A stretch of DNA of 63,791 bases from Robiginitomaculum sp. (GTDB taxonomy: Bacteria; Pseudomonadota; Alphaproteobacteria; Caulobacterales; Maricaulaceae). The position numbers were made by a program, and so were the translations under genes. The notes under the pieces were generated by a model that saw only the letters and a list, made by a program, of their open reading frames with translations, was not told where the DNA came from and did no database searches. The stretch is from positions 1 to 63,791 of the forward strand of contig JALSYJ010000049.1 of assembly GCA_027071965.1 (NCBI GenBank), written 5' to 3'. Shown one piece after another: positions 46,679-55,554 of the stretch. Within the stretch, counting starts at the first letter, position 1, and the number at the start of each line of letters is the position of its first letter.

Positions 46679-47075
46679 GTTCTCGTCCTCTCATTGGGTT
46701 TGGGTTGCGACAGCAACCCTTGCCCTTTGGCGAAAACGGGGTGTGCAAACGGAAAGACAAATCGATGCAAAGTGGTGCGGACGCAGCGCAGCGAGTCACG
46801 GTTTGCGTCTATTTTTCTTGTAGTGCGCCGAGGGGCAGTGCCCCTAAGCGCAATGTTGGTACTTGGCGTACGCTGGCAGGACTTGCCGCAAACCCATAAG
46901 TCTCTTTTCCAGCCGCGCCGTCAGGCAAGCGCGGCCCTTAATCCATCTGCTTGCAAATAGAAGTCCCCAATGTCCCTGAAGTCTTATGATCTTGCGCATC
47001 GACGAGCGGAGCGAGTCGTAAATATATCAAATAGATATAATCCGGCCCCTCACGCATCGGCGCTTATTGGCTAGG

Positions 47076-47480
47076 ATGAAGGCAATGCAACCGGGCCATC
47101 TTAGCATTGCTCATTTGCAACTAAAGCAATTGCCTATGTTCAATTACATCAAGGCCCATCGAAAAAACTGGGGACTGACCCAAAGAGAGCTGGGCTACAT
47201 CATCGGGTTTGATAACAACGTCCGCATTTGCCATCTTGAGCGGGGAAAGAAACGCCCAACCTTCAACGAAACCATCATTTTTGAATTGCTGTTTGACAAA
47301 GCGCCAGGCCGAATGTTCCCGGATATTTATCGCCAGATCACCAACGAGCTAAATGATCGGCTGATACCCTTGGAAGCGCATTTTAGAGAACTGGAGCGAA
47401 CCCAACAAACACAGGCAATCATCCAACGGCTTTATGAGGTCAGGCTGGGTATTGAGAAAGCTAAAAGTCATCGTAGATGA
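47076..47480 (+). CDS. XRE-family HTH protein
   Basis: IKAHRKNWGLTQRELGYIIGFDNNVRICHLERGKKRP is an HTH_3 motif. The start is ambiguous among TTG 47067, ATG 47076 and ATG 47136. Confidence 0.6.
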   Translation: MKAMQPGHLSIAHLQLKQLPMFNYIKAHRKNWGLTQRELGYIIGFDNNVRICHLERGKKRPTFNETIIFELLFDKAPGRMFPDIYRQITNELNDRLIPLEAHFRELERTQQTQAIIQRLYEVRLGIEKAKSHRR

Positions 47481-48214
47481 AAATATACGAAGGACGGCCA
47501 CCATGTGTTCTTGGCGTAGTGGTGCGTGGCAAAACGCTTGGGGTATTGTGTGCTGGATCCACCCGATTTTCTGCTGGACAGGGGTGTGAAGGAATTTCCT
47601 GATCGGCAGGTGAAAAAAAATGAGAAAATGGCACGAGGTAAATCTGCCGATATTAGTCGTTTTTCTTTGGAAAATATCAAAAAAACCTTGGTTCTGATAA
47701 ATATTTGAAATTTGGTGTGACACACAATGTCTTGGCTATAAATTTCTATTATTGTCTGATCGCATATCTACTGAACGCGAGTAATGGTATGAGAGGCATC
47801 ATTCCATGATTTTATTTATGACTATAGCATTGAGTTTTTTACAAAATTTTATCGACTCTAAACAATCAGAATTTTGAAACTTGTTTGTCCAATAAGAAAA
47901 TTATTGTGATCAGATCCGGCTTTGGTGGTAGCTAAAACAGGAGGCTGTTTATTTGCACAAACCAACGGATGCCTTTATGATAGAAAGCTCATTTTATGGT
48001 GAATCACATTCTACAAAACTACTCGCTCTAACGCGACCCTTGATAGACGAACACTTGACGAGGCGCTTTTCGAGAGTAATGAAATGAAGAAAGCGGCGTG
48101 ATAAATAAACCGAATACGCCTTAGCTCAGTCGCAAACTTATGTAGAAAAAGTGGCCGCATCAGGGCTTGACTAACAGAAACGATCTAATTTTTTGCCGGA
48201 GGGTGAGGATAAAT

Positions 48215-49501
48215 ATGGCGTATCAAGAAAACCTAATAAAATCTGCTAAGTGGCTGTGTAAAATACAAAATAACGATGGTGGTTGGGGATTAACCCCTAA
48301 ACAGGCCAGCTCATTAGTAAATACTTCAGAAGCATTATTTGTTCTACAACAAGCTAAGATGGGGGGTAGTAAAAACGCTCGGCTGGGATTGCAGTATATA
48401 AAGGAAAATTACAATTCACACTTAAAAACACGGGGTTCTAGAACACGTTTCGTTGCCTTTCCGCTATTAGTTATTAGTACTTATTATCCAAATTATGACA
48501 AACAATTACAAAATCGCTTTTTGAAGTGGCTCGTGTCATCAGTAAATAAAGACGGGGGGTGGGGTGATGAAAAGGATGCAGACAATTCTGATATTTACTC
48601 TACGTATTTATCCGTCATTGCAATCAATTCCATTGAACCAAACCATGATTGTTTGGCAGGGGCAAAAAATTGGATTTTGTCTGCTGGTTCAGAACGAGGT
48701 TGGGAATTTGATACAAAAAATGGACCGTCCTATTCTGCAACATCCTATGCGCTAATCGCTTTGAAGTATCTAGGTGAGACCAAACATAACTTAATCATTA
48801 AAGGTTTGGAATTTTTAACGACAATAACTCATTGGGGGGATGAAGATGCCACTTTGTCGGGCACTTTATGGAGACATTGCACTCATTCGAACGTTTTGTG
48901 TGCCTTAGCTCTTTATGAAGAAGATTTATTTGCAAGCACAATGGCAGAAGGAATAAGGCATTCGAATCACTTACTTTCTTCAAGTGGCGGTTGGATGGAA
49001 ACAAAAGGTAGTATAGAAAATCGATCAGTCCGTTCGCAATATTGGGCTGTAGCATACTCTGATAAAATTATTCGTAATTTTGACCCATCAAAATTTATTC
49101 CAAGAATAGATGCTGAAAGACAGAGCAAAACACTCAAACAACCTGATTTTCAATCCTTCTTAGTCTCCACAAAATGGGCGACTGTAATTCCTACGCGAGT
49201 GTATAGAGTAATTGTATACGGCATTCTTGTTTTAGCATCTTCATTGGCACTATCAGTCCTACCATTATTACCAATATGGAGTCCAAAAACACTACAAACT
49301 GTAGGTCTATTTCTACTTATTTTCTCTGTTTTTCTCATGAATAAAAGGAAGACGGTTTTCCCAAATCTGGCAAAATATGCTCCATATGTTATTGTTGTCA
49401 TGGGGACTCTGAATTTATTATTAGGCATCACTGTACGTTCTGCAATCGACTCAATTAAAGAATGTGCTAGTTTTATTTTCGGATTATTACAATACTTATG
49501 A
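48215..49501 (+). CDS. Membrane-anchored protein with prenyltransferase / squalene-hopene-cyclase-like (alpha/alpha toroid) repeats
   Basis: Four QW-like repeats: AKWLCKIQNNDGGWG, FLKWLVSSVNKDGGWG, AKNWILSAGSERGWEF and SNHLLSSSGGWME. The C-terminal ~110 aa form about three hydrophobic helices. A strong RBS, GGAGGGTGAGG, precedes the ATG at 48215. Confidence 0.65.
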   Translation: MAYQENLIKSAKWLCKIQNNDGGWGLTPKQASSLVNTSEALFVLQQAKMGGSKNARLGLQYIKENYNSHLKTRGSRTRFVAFPLLVISTYYPNYDKQLQNRFLKWLVSSVNKDGGWGDEKDADNSDIYSTYLSVIAINSIEPNHDCLAGAKNWILSAGSERGWEFDTKNGPSYSATSYALIALKYLGETKHNLIIKGLEFLTTITHWGDEDATLSGTLWRHCTHSNVLCALALYEEDLFASTMAEGIRHSNHLLSSSGGWMETKGSIENRSVRSQYWAVAYSDKIIRNFDPSKFIPRIDAERQSKTLKQPDFQSFLVSTKWATVIPTRVYRVIVYGILVLASSLALSVLPLLPIWSPKTLQTVGLFLLIFSVFLMNKRKTVFPNLAKYAPYVIVVMGTLNLLLGITVRSAIDSIKECASFIFGLLQYL

Positions 49502-50310
49502 ATAATTTACATATATCTCTATCATATGCTGCAGGGTTTTATACCCTCCCTTTCGAAACTTTGTGCGAATATGCCGCTAAACATAACTATTACGGCGTTC
49601 AACTAATACCGGACCAAAGCCCAAATCTATATTTTGAAATAAATAGCGCCCGTGCAAAAAAAATAAATACTATTCTAAAGGAAAATGGGCTGACAGCTTC
49701 CTTACATAACGTATTTTATGACATCAATCTAACTTCGTTGATTCCAGACGTTCAACACAATTCTATAAATATTACAAAGAAAGTAATACGGCTATCAAAG
49801 AAACTTGGCGCGAAACATTTAACCGTGCATCCTGGCTATATTTACCCGGGCTGGAGGAGCGATCCGAAACAGGAAACTCGCTATTGGGAAGCAGCAAAAA
49901 AGGGGATATCTGAAATTGTTGGTTATGCAGAAAAACAAAAAATAAAGCTTTTATTCGAAAATGGTTCTTATCATTTAACATCAAAAAATTCACCTAAAAG
50001 CATAGCTTTTCACATTGGTATAGATATTGAAGAGTTTAGACGAATTTTAGATTTTGGATGTGGAAAAATTGGTGTCTGTTTTGATATTGGAAAAGCACGA
50101 GCGTCAGGCATAAAATTTGAAGATTTTATTATTGAGTTCGGCAATGATATTGAGCAGGTGCAATTCTCATCAATTGAATCATTGGAGGAATTTTCAGAAA
50201 CATCAAAAAAAAATGGCCTAGACTTGGAAAAAATTGATTTTGTATACGAAGGAAAGCTTGTTATTGAACGAAAAAAAATAGAGAAACTGTTGAAGCATGG
50301 CCCGTGTTAA
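49498..50310 (+). CDS. Xylose-isomerase-like TIM-barrel protein (AP_endonuc_2 family: sugar-phosphate isomerase/epimerase or endonuclease IV-like)
   Basis: GAKHLTVHPGY and IKLLFENGSYH are typical metal-ligand strands of this fold. It has an ATGA overlap with the upstream gene. Confidence 0.55.
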   Translation: MNNLHISLSYAAGFYTLPFETLCEYAAKHNYYGVQLIPDQSPNLYFEINSARAKKINTILKENGLTASLHNVFYDINLTSLIPDVQHNSINITKKVIRLSKKLGAKHLTVHPGYIYPGWRSDPKQETRYWEAAKKGISEIVGYAEKQKIKLLFENGSYHLTSKNSPKSIAFHIGIDIEEFRRILDFGCGKIGVCFDIGKARASGIKFEDFIIEFGNDIEQVQFSSIESLEEFSETSKKNGLDLEKIDFVYEGKLVIERKKIEKLLKHGPC

Positions 50311-50314
50311 CAAT

Positions 50315-51241
50315 TTAAAAAGAAAAATGCACCTCTTCTGACGCAGATGTACTCTTTATAGCATTGGTAATAAATTGTTCTGTGGCATTAAACAGTTGGC
50401 ATGGAGATGAATTTTTGTCTTTCAAAAGCTCGCAACACACTCCTGCAAAAAAAGCATCCCCAGTTCCTAAAGTGTTTTCATTCTTGACATCAATTTTAAA
50501 GGCGGAAAATTTTTGAATGCCGTGTTTGTTATAAAACACAACTCCATCTTTTCCTAATGTAACTACAAGTAAATTTGTTTTTGCTAAAGAGAGCATTTCT
50601 TCCGAACTCAATTCAAAAAACGCATCACCGAAAAAAACAACTGCCTCACGATGGTTCATGGCCAAAAAACTCAAAACGTGTGTCGAACATTTTTCCAATG
50701 CTGTTTTTAAGCGCAGAACTTTTGTCTCAGAAGCTATAGAGCAGAAAATAGGTAGCCCCCTCTCTTTAGCCAACATGCATACAAGTGAAATTTGTTCTGG
50801 GCGTAGATTTGTGTCTATTACTACAGCATTAGTGCCTTCAATTAAGTTGCAAATATCAATTAAAGAGAAAGAGCCGTTGTCGAATGGTGTGGTACTTACT
50901 GCCTGTATAGTTTTCCCTTCCTGAATGATGGCTACGTATCCACCTGAAATGTCATTATGTTCATCATAGACAAGAAACTTTGTTGAAATTCTATGCTTTG
51001 TAAATGCAGATTTTATTATAAAGTCCAATAGAGAATTTTGCTTTGTAACTGTTAAAAAATTCACTTTTATCCCGTATCGAGTCATATGTTGGGCAATATT
51101 GTACGCTACTCCCCCTACTGAATAGGAAATTCTTGTACCTTGAACATCAACAGGCATGGGCAGCGACGGAGAATAATTGGCAATGACGTCGAGGTGGCAA
51201 GAACCAATAATTGCTATTCCACCTTGATAGCCCTTTATCAC
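50315..51241 (-). CDS. PfkB-family (ribokinase-like) carbohydrate/nucleoside kinase
   Basis: PfkB signature 1, GGVAYNIAQHMTRYG, and signature 2, NTLGTGDAFFAG. It is convergent with the TIM-barrel gene, and the stop codons are 4 nt apart. Confidence 0.8.
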   Translation of the reverse strand: MIKGYQGGIAIIGSCHLDVIANYSPSLPMPVDVQGTRISYSVGGVAYNIAQHMTRYGIKVNFLTVTKQNSLLDFIIKSAFTKHRISTKFLVYDEHNDISGGYVAIIQEGKTIQAVSTTPFDNGSFSLIDICNLIEGTNAVVIDTNLRPEQISLVCMLAKERGLPIFCSIASETKVLRLKTALEKCSTHVLSFLAMNHREAVVFFGDAFFELSSEEMLSLAKTNLLVVTLGKDGVVFYNKHGIQKFSAFKIDVKNENTLGTGDAFFAGVCCELLKDKNSSPCQLFNATEQFITNAIKSTSASEEVHFSF

Positions 51242-51582
51242 AATTTATTACCTCTCTTAAAAGCAATTTAACAACATTTATATCACTTACGCAAAGTCAA
51301 AAATAAATCTGGTCTACCACTTTGCTCTAGGGAAAGTCCTAAACAATGCCGATTCTTTGTTATGATGGTGGCATGAGGATATACTAGATTATTTAGTCAA
51401 TGCAGTTAATAAAAATCTGTTTGTGCTCATACAAACATATACTCTCGGTTGCAGTACGTTTGGACGTGTAGTGTTTACCAATTTATTCTAGAATGCGGTC
51501 AGCGACAGTGCAGATAATAATATGTAGGTTTGAGTAAAATTATAAACATATAAATTTATGGAGAACGTAATATAAACCTATA

Positions 51583-51602
51583 TTTAAACACTATAGGGCA
51601 TA
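51583..51602. repeat. Left arm of a perfect 20-bp inverted repeat, tttaaacactatagggcata
   Basis: Its exact reverse complement is at 52279-52298. The two arms bracket only the small recombinase gene. Confidence 0.9.
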
Positions 51603-51631
51603 TTGTTTAATGAATTTGACTGCACGTCAAG

Positions 51632-52258
51632 ATGAAAGTAGCGATCCGTGTTTTCATTCATCCGGGCGTTACCATGAGTATGATTTACGACAACCAAGGC
51701 CGAAGAAAATACCTTACGTTATCTGAACGAGATCGGTTTTGTCGTGCCGCCATGAAATTACCGAGGGATGAGCGGACGTTTTGCCTAACGATTGCTTTCT
51801 CTGGTTGTCGTATATCAGAAGCCTTGCAACTGACTGGCAACCGAATTGATCTTGAAGAGCGTGTGCTCATCATCCGCACCTTAAAAAAGCGCCGTAATGA
51901 CATGTTTCGCGTAGTTCCGATGCCGGAATGGGTTTTGGACCTGATCCAAACTCACATAGGTTCAATTGAGGGACAATCAGAACGGTTGTTATGGCCATGG
52001 AGCCGGGCAAAGGGATGGATGGTCATTAAACGAGTGATGGCTGATGCGGGTGTCGCTGGTGGACATGCATGTCCCAAAGGGCTGCGTCATGCCTTTGGTA
52101 TTGCCGCAATTCAAAGGGGAATTCCGCTTAATCTAATCCAAAAGTGGCTGGGGCATTCTAAGATTGAGACTACAGCCATTTATACCAACGCCATGGGTGA
52201 TGAAGAACGACTGATTGCAGAGCGAATGTGGACGCCAATTACGGCTCTAACACCCTGA
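51632..52258 (+). CDS. FimB/FimE-sized tyrosine recombinase (catalytic domain only, ~195-208 aa)
   Basis: RRKYLTLSERDRF...AFSGCRISEALQLTGNRIDL...PKGLRHAFGIAAIQRGIPLNLIQKWLGHSKIETTAIYT carries the R, H-x-x-R and Y signature. The start may be ATG 51674. Confidence 0.8.
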   Translation: MKVAIRVFIHPGVTMSMIYDNQGRRKYLTLSERDRFCRAAMKLPRDERTFCLTIAFSGCRISEALQLTGNRIDLEERVLIIRTLKKRRNDMFRVVPMPEWVLDLIQTHIGSIEGQSERLLWPWSRAKGWMVIKRVMADAGVAGGHACPKGLRHAFGIAAIQRGIPLNLIQKWLGHSKIETTAIYTNAMGDEERLIAERMWTPITALTP

Positions 52259-52278
52259 TTTGAAGCCGTATTTTCCAC

Positions 52279-52298
52279 TATGCCCTATAGTGTTTAAA
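52279..52298. repeat. Right arm of the perfect 20-bp inverted repeat, tatgccctatagtgtttaaa
   Basis: It is the reverse complement of 51583-51602. It lies 20 nt after the recombinase stop and 14 nt before the next gene. Confidence 0.9.
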
Positions 52299-52312
52299 CG
52301 CTGGGGGCGTCC

Positions 52313-52996
52313 ATGACCAAGATAAATCTATTGCCAAGAGGCATATTGCTCTTTGGCACGACTGTGTTGCTTTCTGGGTGTGTCGCTGCGGCAGCGCCTC
52401 TAATACCGCTCTTTACGGCGGCAACTGTGGGCCTAACCGGTTTTACTGTTTACAAGACCGTGCAATCAGCAAATGGCGGGAGTATCGGGATTGCCTTCCC
52501 TTCTGTTGATGGCAAGGAAAGTCCTCCTGCACCCATCCCAAAAGGAAGGCGTGCCGCCATTTGGCCGGGTGATCCTGTTGAGGTGTATTTTGCACAGAAG
52601 CTTGAAGCGTCTGGTGGTTTCGACGTTACGCCACCCTCTCGTGTGTCAGCCGTGCTGCAAGGTGCAAAAATAACCAGCGATATAGAACAGCTAACAAAAG
52701 CTGAGCGGGTAGCTGCCTTTAAAGCTGTGTGCCGTGCCTCGAACGTTAACCTTGTCTTTGCGCGACAAAAGCTTGGTTCATCTTTTGATGCAGGGTTTTT
52801 CAAACTGTCTCGCTCAAACACAACCAATAAAAATAATCTTATGGGGTTTTCTTGCGCTCAAGGGTCAGTGGTTTGGCGCGAGCAAATGGCCATCATTGTT
52901 GAAGATTTAGGGCCAAAATCACCGGCTGCTGATGAAGTCAACAAAGCCGCCGGGGAGGGCTGGGCCGAACGTGTGATCAATGCTCCAAAAATGTAA
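52313..52996 (+). CDS. Putative lipoprotein (227 aa)
   Basis: The signal peptide carries the lipobox LLSGC (GILLFGTTVLLSGCVAAA). Confidence 0.65.
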   Translation: MTKINLLPRGILLFGTTVLLSGCVAAAAPLIPLFTAATVGLTGFTVYKTVQSANGGSIGIAFPSVDGKESPPAPIPKGRRAAIWPGDPVEVYFAQKLEASGGFDVTPPSRVSAVLQGAKITSDIEQLTKAERVAAFKAVCRASNVNLVFARQKLGSSFDAGFFKLSRSNTTNKNNLMGFSCAQGSVVWREQMAIIVEDLGPKSPAADEVNKAAGEGWAERVINAPKM

Positions 52997-53013
52997 CGAA
53001 AAGGAAAAATATA

Positions 53014-53430
53014 ATGGGATTGTTTGATGGATTAAAAAAGACAGCAAATGTGAATCTGACGTCTGAAGCTGCTCTACTCTTGGGCTGCCTAACCATGATT
53101 GCAGCGGATGGTGCCGTTGATAAGGATGAGCTCGCGATAGTTCGGCGCATTGATGGTCCGAATGATTCTGACCATTGGGTAATGGCTCTGAAAACATGGA
53201 AGCAACATGATTTTGCAACGTGTGCTGGTTATGTGTGCGATTTTATTGCCGAGGCACATATTTTGCCATTGTTCGCCAATTTGATTGACATTGCCATGGC
53301 TGATGGGGAGCTCGAAGGCGATGAGCAGGCCTTGCTAGAGGAATACGTTAATCACCTGAAACCTGATGCTAGCGCTCTACAGAAAATGGTGGAAGTCATC
53401 CAGATCAAAAACTCTGTGCGCACGGGCTAA
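53014..53430 (+). CDS. TerB-like (tellurite-resistance TerB fold) protein
   Basis: Two ADG-containing helices typical of TerB: LGCLTMIAADGAVDKDELAIV and LIDIAMADGELEGDEQALLEEY. Confidence 0.6.
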   Translation: MGLFDGLKKTANVNLTSEAALLLGCLTMIAADGAVDKDELAIVRRIDGPNDSDHWVMALKTWKQHDFATCAGYVCDFIAEAHILPLFANLIDIAMADGELEGDEQALLEEYVNHLKPDASALQKMVEVIQIKNSVRTG

Positions 53431-53484
53431 TACCGCTTTGCCGCGCCCCCTGCTCATTACGAACAATGCCGAGGAAAATGAGAC

Positions 53485-53862
53485 ATGAACACCGTAGACA
53501 CGCTTAGCAATATCGCATGGTTTGCCACAATTAAATTGGCGTTGGCTCGTGGATTTGCATCAGGATTGGTTCTAGCCGCTTTTTCAGCGACACAGGGAAA
53601 TTCCATTGCAGAGGTTATGGGCGTGCCCTTTATGTGGGCGATATTTTCATTGTTCATGTTTGGTCTGGTCTATCTACTTGCTAAGATTCTTTCCGGGGTA
53701 CTACCCCTTATAAATCTACTCCCTCTTCTCTTGTCTCTTATGATCATTGTTGGCGACCCCATTGTATATGTGTTCAACCGAATGTTTCCCAAAATATTAG
53801 ACCTAACCGATTTCAAAATATTGAATTTCAACGCCATTATCATCGTCTACCACCCGGAATGA
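53485..53862 (+). CDS. Small integral membrane protein (125 aa)
   Basis: Three to four hydrophobic helices (LVLAAFSATQG, FMWAIFSLFMFGLVYLLA, LPLLLSLMIIVG). Confidence 0.55.
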   Translation: MNTVDTLSNIAWFATIKLALARGFASGLVLAAFSATQGNSIAEVMGVPFMWAIFSLFMFGLVYLLAKILSGVLPLINLLPLLLSLMIIVGDPIVYVFNRMFPKILDLTDFKILNFNAIIIVYHPE

Positions 53863-54215
53863 CACTGCTAATGCTCAGGGCAGAAGATGTTGAATATACC
53901 GAAGAGTATTTCAATCTGGGAGGGCGGCTGATCGATAGAGAAAAGGTGCTCTATGCCTCGCATCAGCGCCGGTATTTTGTTTTTTCTCTGTTGCTGGCGA
54001 TCGAGTTACTGATCATTTTTCTGGCGGTAAAATACGGAGTTCAACCAATATTGATCGGCATATTTCTGTTTCTGCTTTTTGGTCTGCGCAGAGAGTGGAA
54101 AAGACGGGCTGTCGCCGTTTTGAATATTCTTGATGTGGGTCATGTTCAAATATACGGGCTGAACGATGAGGAAGCGCAGTCGTTGGTCGCACAATTGAAT
54201 GAGGCAAACCTTTAA
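53859..54215 (+). CDS. Small membrane protein (118 aa)
   Basis: ATGA overlap with the preceding gene. It has two adjacent hydrophobic helices (FVFSLLLAIELLIIFLAV, PILIGIFLFLLFGL). Confidence 0.55.
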   Translation: MTLLMLRAEDVEYTEEYFNLGGRLIDREKVLYASHQRRYFVFSLLLAIELLIIFLAVKYGVQPILIGIFLFLLFGLRREWKRRAVAVLNILDVGHVQIYGLNDEEAQSLVAQLNEANL

Positions 54216-54330
54216 CGAACCGATAGAGCTCGATACTCCACCATAGGGGCTGATGTGATCAACGCGAAAGGTGGCCAATGGCTTCAAGAAAAACCTGTCG
54301 GCCGTTAATCTGAATTGAGGAAATTGGAAA

Positions 54331-54498
54331 ATGTCAGATAAAAAGCTGGTTGAAACGATTTATGGGAAATATTCCAAATTTGACATTTATTGCAGTGATA
54401 GTTGGGGAGCGACAGACTTCTATCTCTATAAGGATGGGAAGCCTTGGAAAAGCTATTCAACATTAAGCGGAGCAGTCGCTGAGGCGAAGAAGCATTGA
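54331..54498 (+). CDS. Small ORF (55 aa), below the ORF-track cutoff
   Basis: The ATG is preceded by GAGGAAATTGGAAA. Translation: MSDKKLVETIYGKYSKFDIYCSDSWGATDFYLYKDGKPWKSYSTLSGAVAEAKKH. No family recognised. Confidence 0.4.
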   Translation: MSDKKLVETIYGKYSKFDIYCSDSWGATDFYLYKDGKPWKSYSTLSGAVAEAKKH

Positions 54499-54561
54499 TC
54501 AGCCGCTTCTCAATTAGTTTGAAAATTTGAAAGGTTCGTCGTTCTTTTCAATCCAAAAAAC

Positions 54562-55554
54562 TTATGACATGATGCAATAATCAATTACCTCATCAAAACT
54601 CGCTTCTTCACGGATAAGACGGGCTTCTAAGTCGTCCAGATGCGCGATCGATGGTAATTTATTAGTAGCCAAAATATCAATTTTGTAGTTTGGACAGTAG
54701 TTTTTCCCAACCCTTGAAAGCTGTTTGCTCAACTGATTGAGGGTGTGATCCCGGAGTTCCAGTTGAAGCCTGCGAAACAGGATCCACCGGTGGCAATCGA
54801 AGAAATCTGACTTTTTCGATGAATCATACTTTCGAGCACTCCAGCCGATTTTTTTGGTGGCTTTGAATAACACTAAGTCATGGATAGTATGCCATTTTTT
54901 GAATTCAAAATAGTTCCGTGGATTGGGATTATCATGAGTTACTTGAGATTGAAATTTCAGCGCTACCGAGCTGTCGTATTTGTCTAGGGTAGCCAACACC
55001 TTGTTTAGAGACATAATATTTCCACGAATTGAGGCAGGCCATCTGAAGTAAAGTATCTTTTGAGCATCCAGAAACCGCAACTCACGACCTGTCGTAACGT
55101 CTTCGCGGTCCCAGTTCCTATCTACCCTGTTAGGAATATACTGGATTGTTTTCCCAGCGAACCTGAAAATGCTTTCGGAGCTGTACGATACTATCTTTGT
55201 TTCATCTTTTTCATTGTCATCGTGGAGATAATAAAAGGCTCTCCCAAAATACATAAATGACTGGGCGATTTCTTCAATTAGATGAACTAAATTTTCATCT
55301 ATCGACCCAAAGTCGTATCGGGTCTGGACGTTGTTTAGAAGTCGGTGTGTGAGTTTGTAATTGTTGGTTTTGATGTCAAAGAGTTTTCCAGAACGGGGGG
55401 TGCCATGGAGAAAGATATTCAGAAAATCCTCTCTGAACATATTTTGGTTGAGCCCGCCCTCACGGTCATATGTCCTGACCAAAAGCCTGTCGATCCAGTT
55501 CAATCGCGTTTCGTGGTAACGTGACCTCATCGGTTCTGATTTTACAAACCTCAT
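54562..55554 (-). CDS. Hypothetical 330-aa protein, downstream partner of the 824-aa membrane protein
   Basis: A 4-nt overlap with the upstream gene suggests translational coupling. It has no TM segments and no motif I recognise. Confidence 0.65.
   Translation of the reverse strand: MRFVKSEPMRSRYHETRLNWIDRLLVRTYDREGGLNQNMFREDFLNIFLHGTPRSGKLFDIKTNNYKLTHRLLNNVQTRYDFGSIDENLVHLIEEIAQSFMYFGRAFYYLHDDNEKDETKIVSYSSESIFRFAGKTIQYIPNRVDRNWDREDVTTGRELRFLDAQKILYFRWPASIRGNIMSLNKVLATLDKYDSSVALKFQSQVTHDNPNPRNYFEFKKWHTIHDLVLFKATKKIGWSARKYDSSKKSDFFDCHRWILFRRLQLELRDHTLNQLSKQLSRVGKNYCPNYKIDILATNKLPSIAHLDDLEARLIREEASFDEVIDYCIMS

Noticed and set aside
53014-53430. TerB protein as a marker of a Shango defence system
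   Set aside because: Shango requires an adjacent ATPase and helicase. The neighbours here are small membrane proteins and a lipoprotein.
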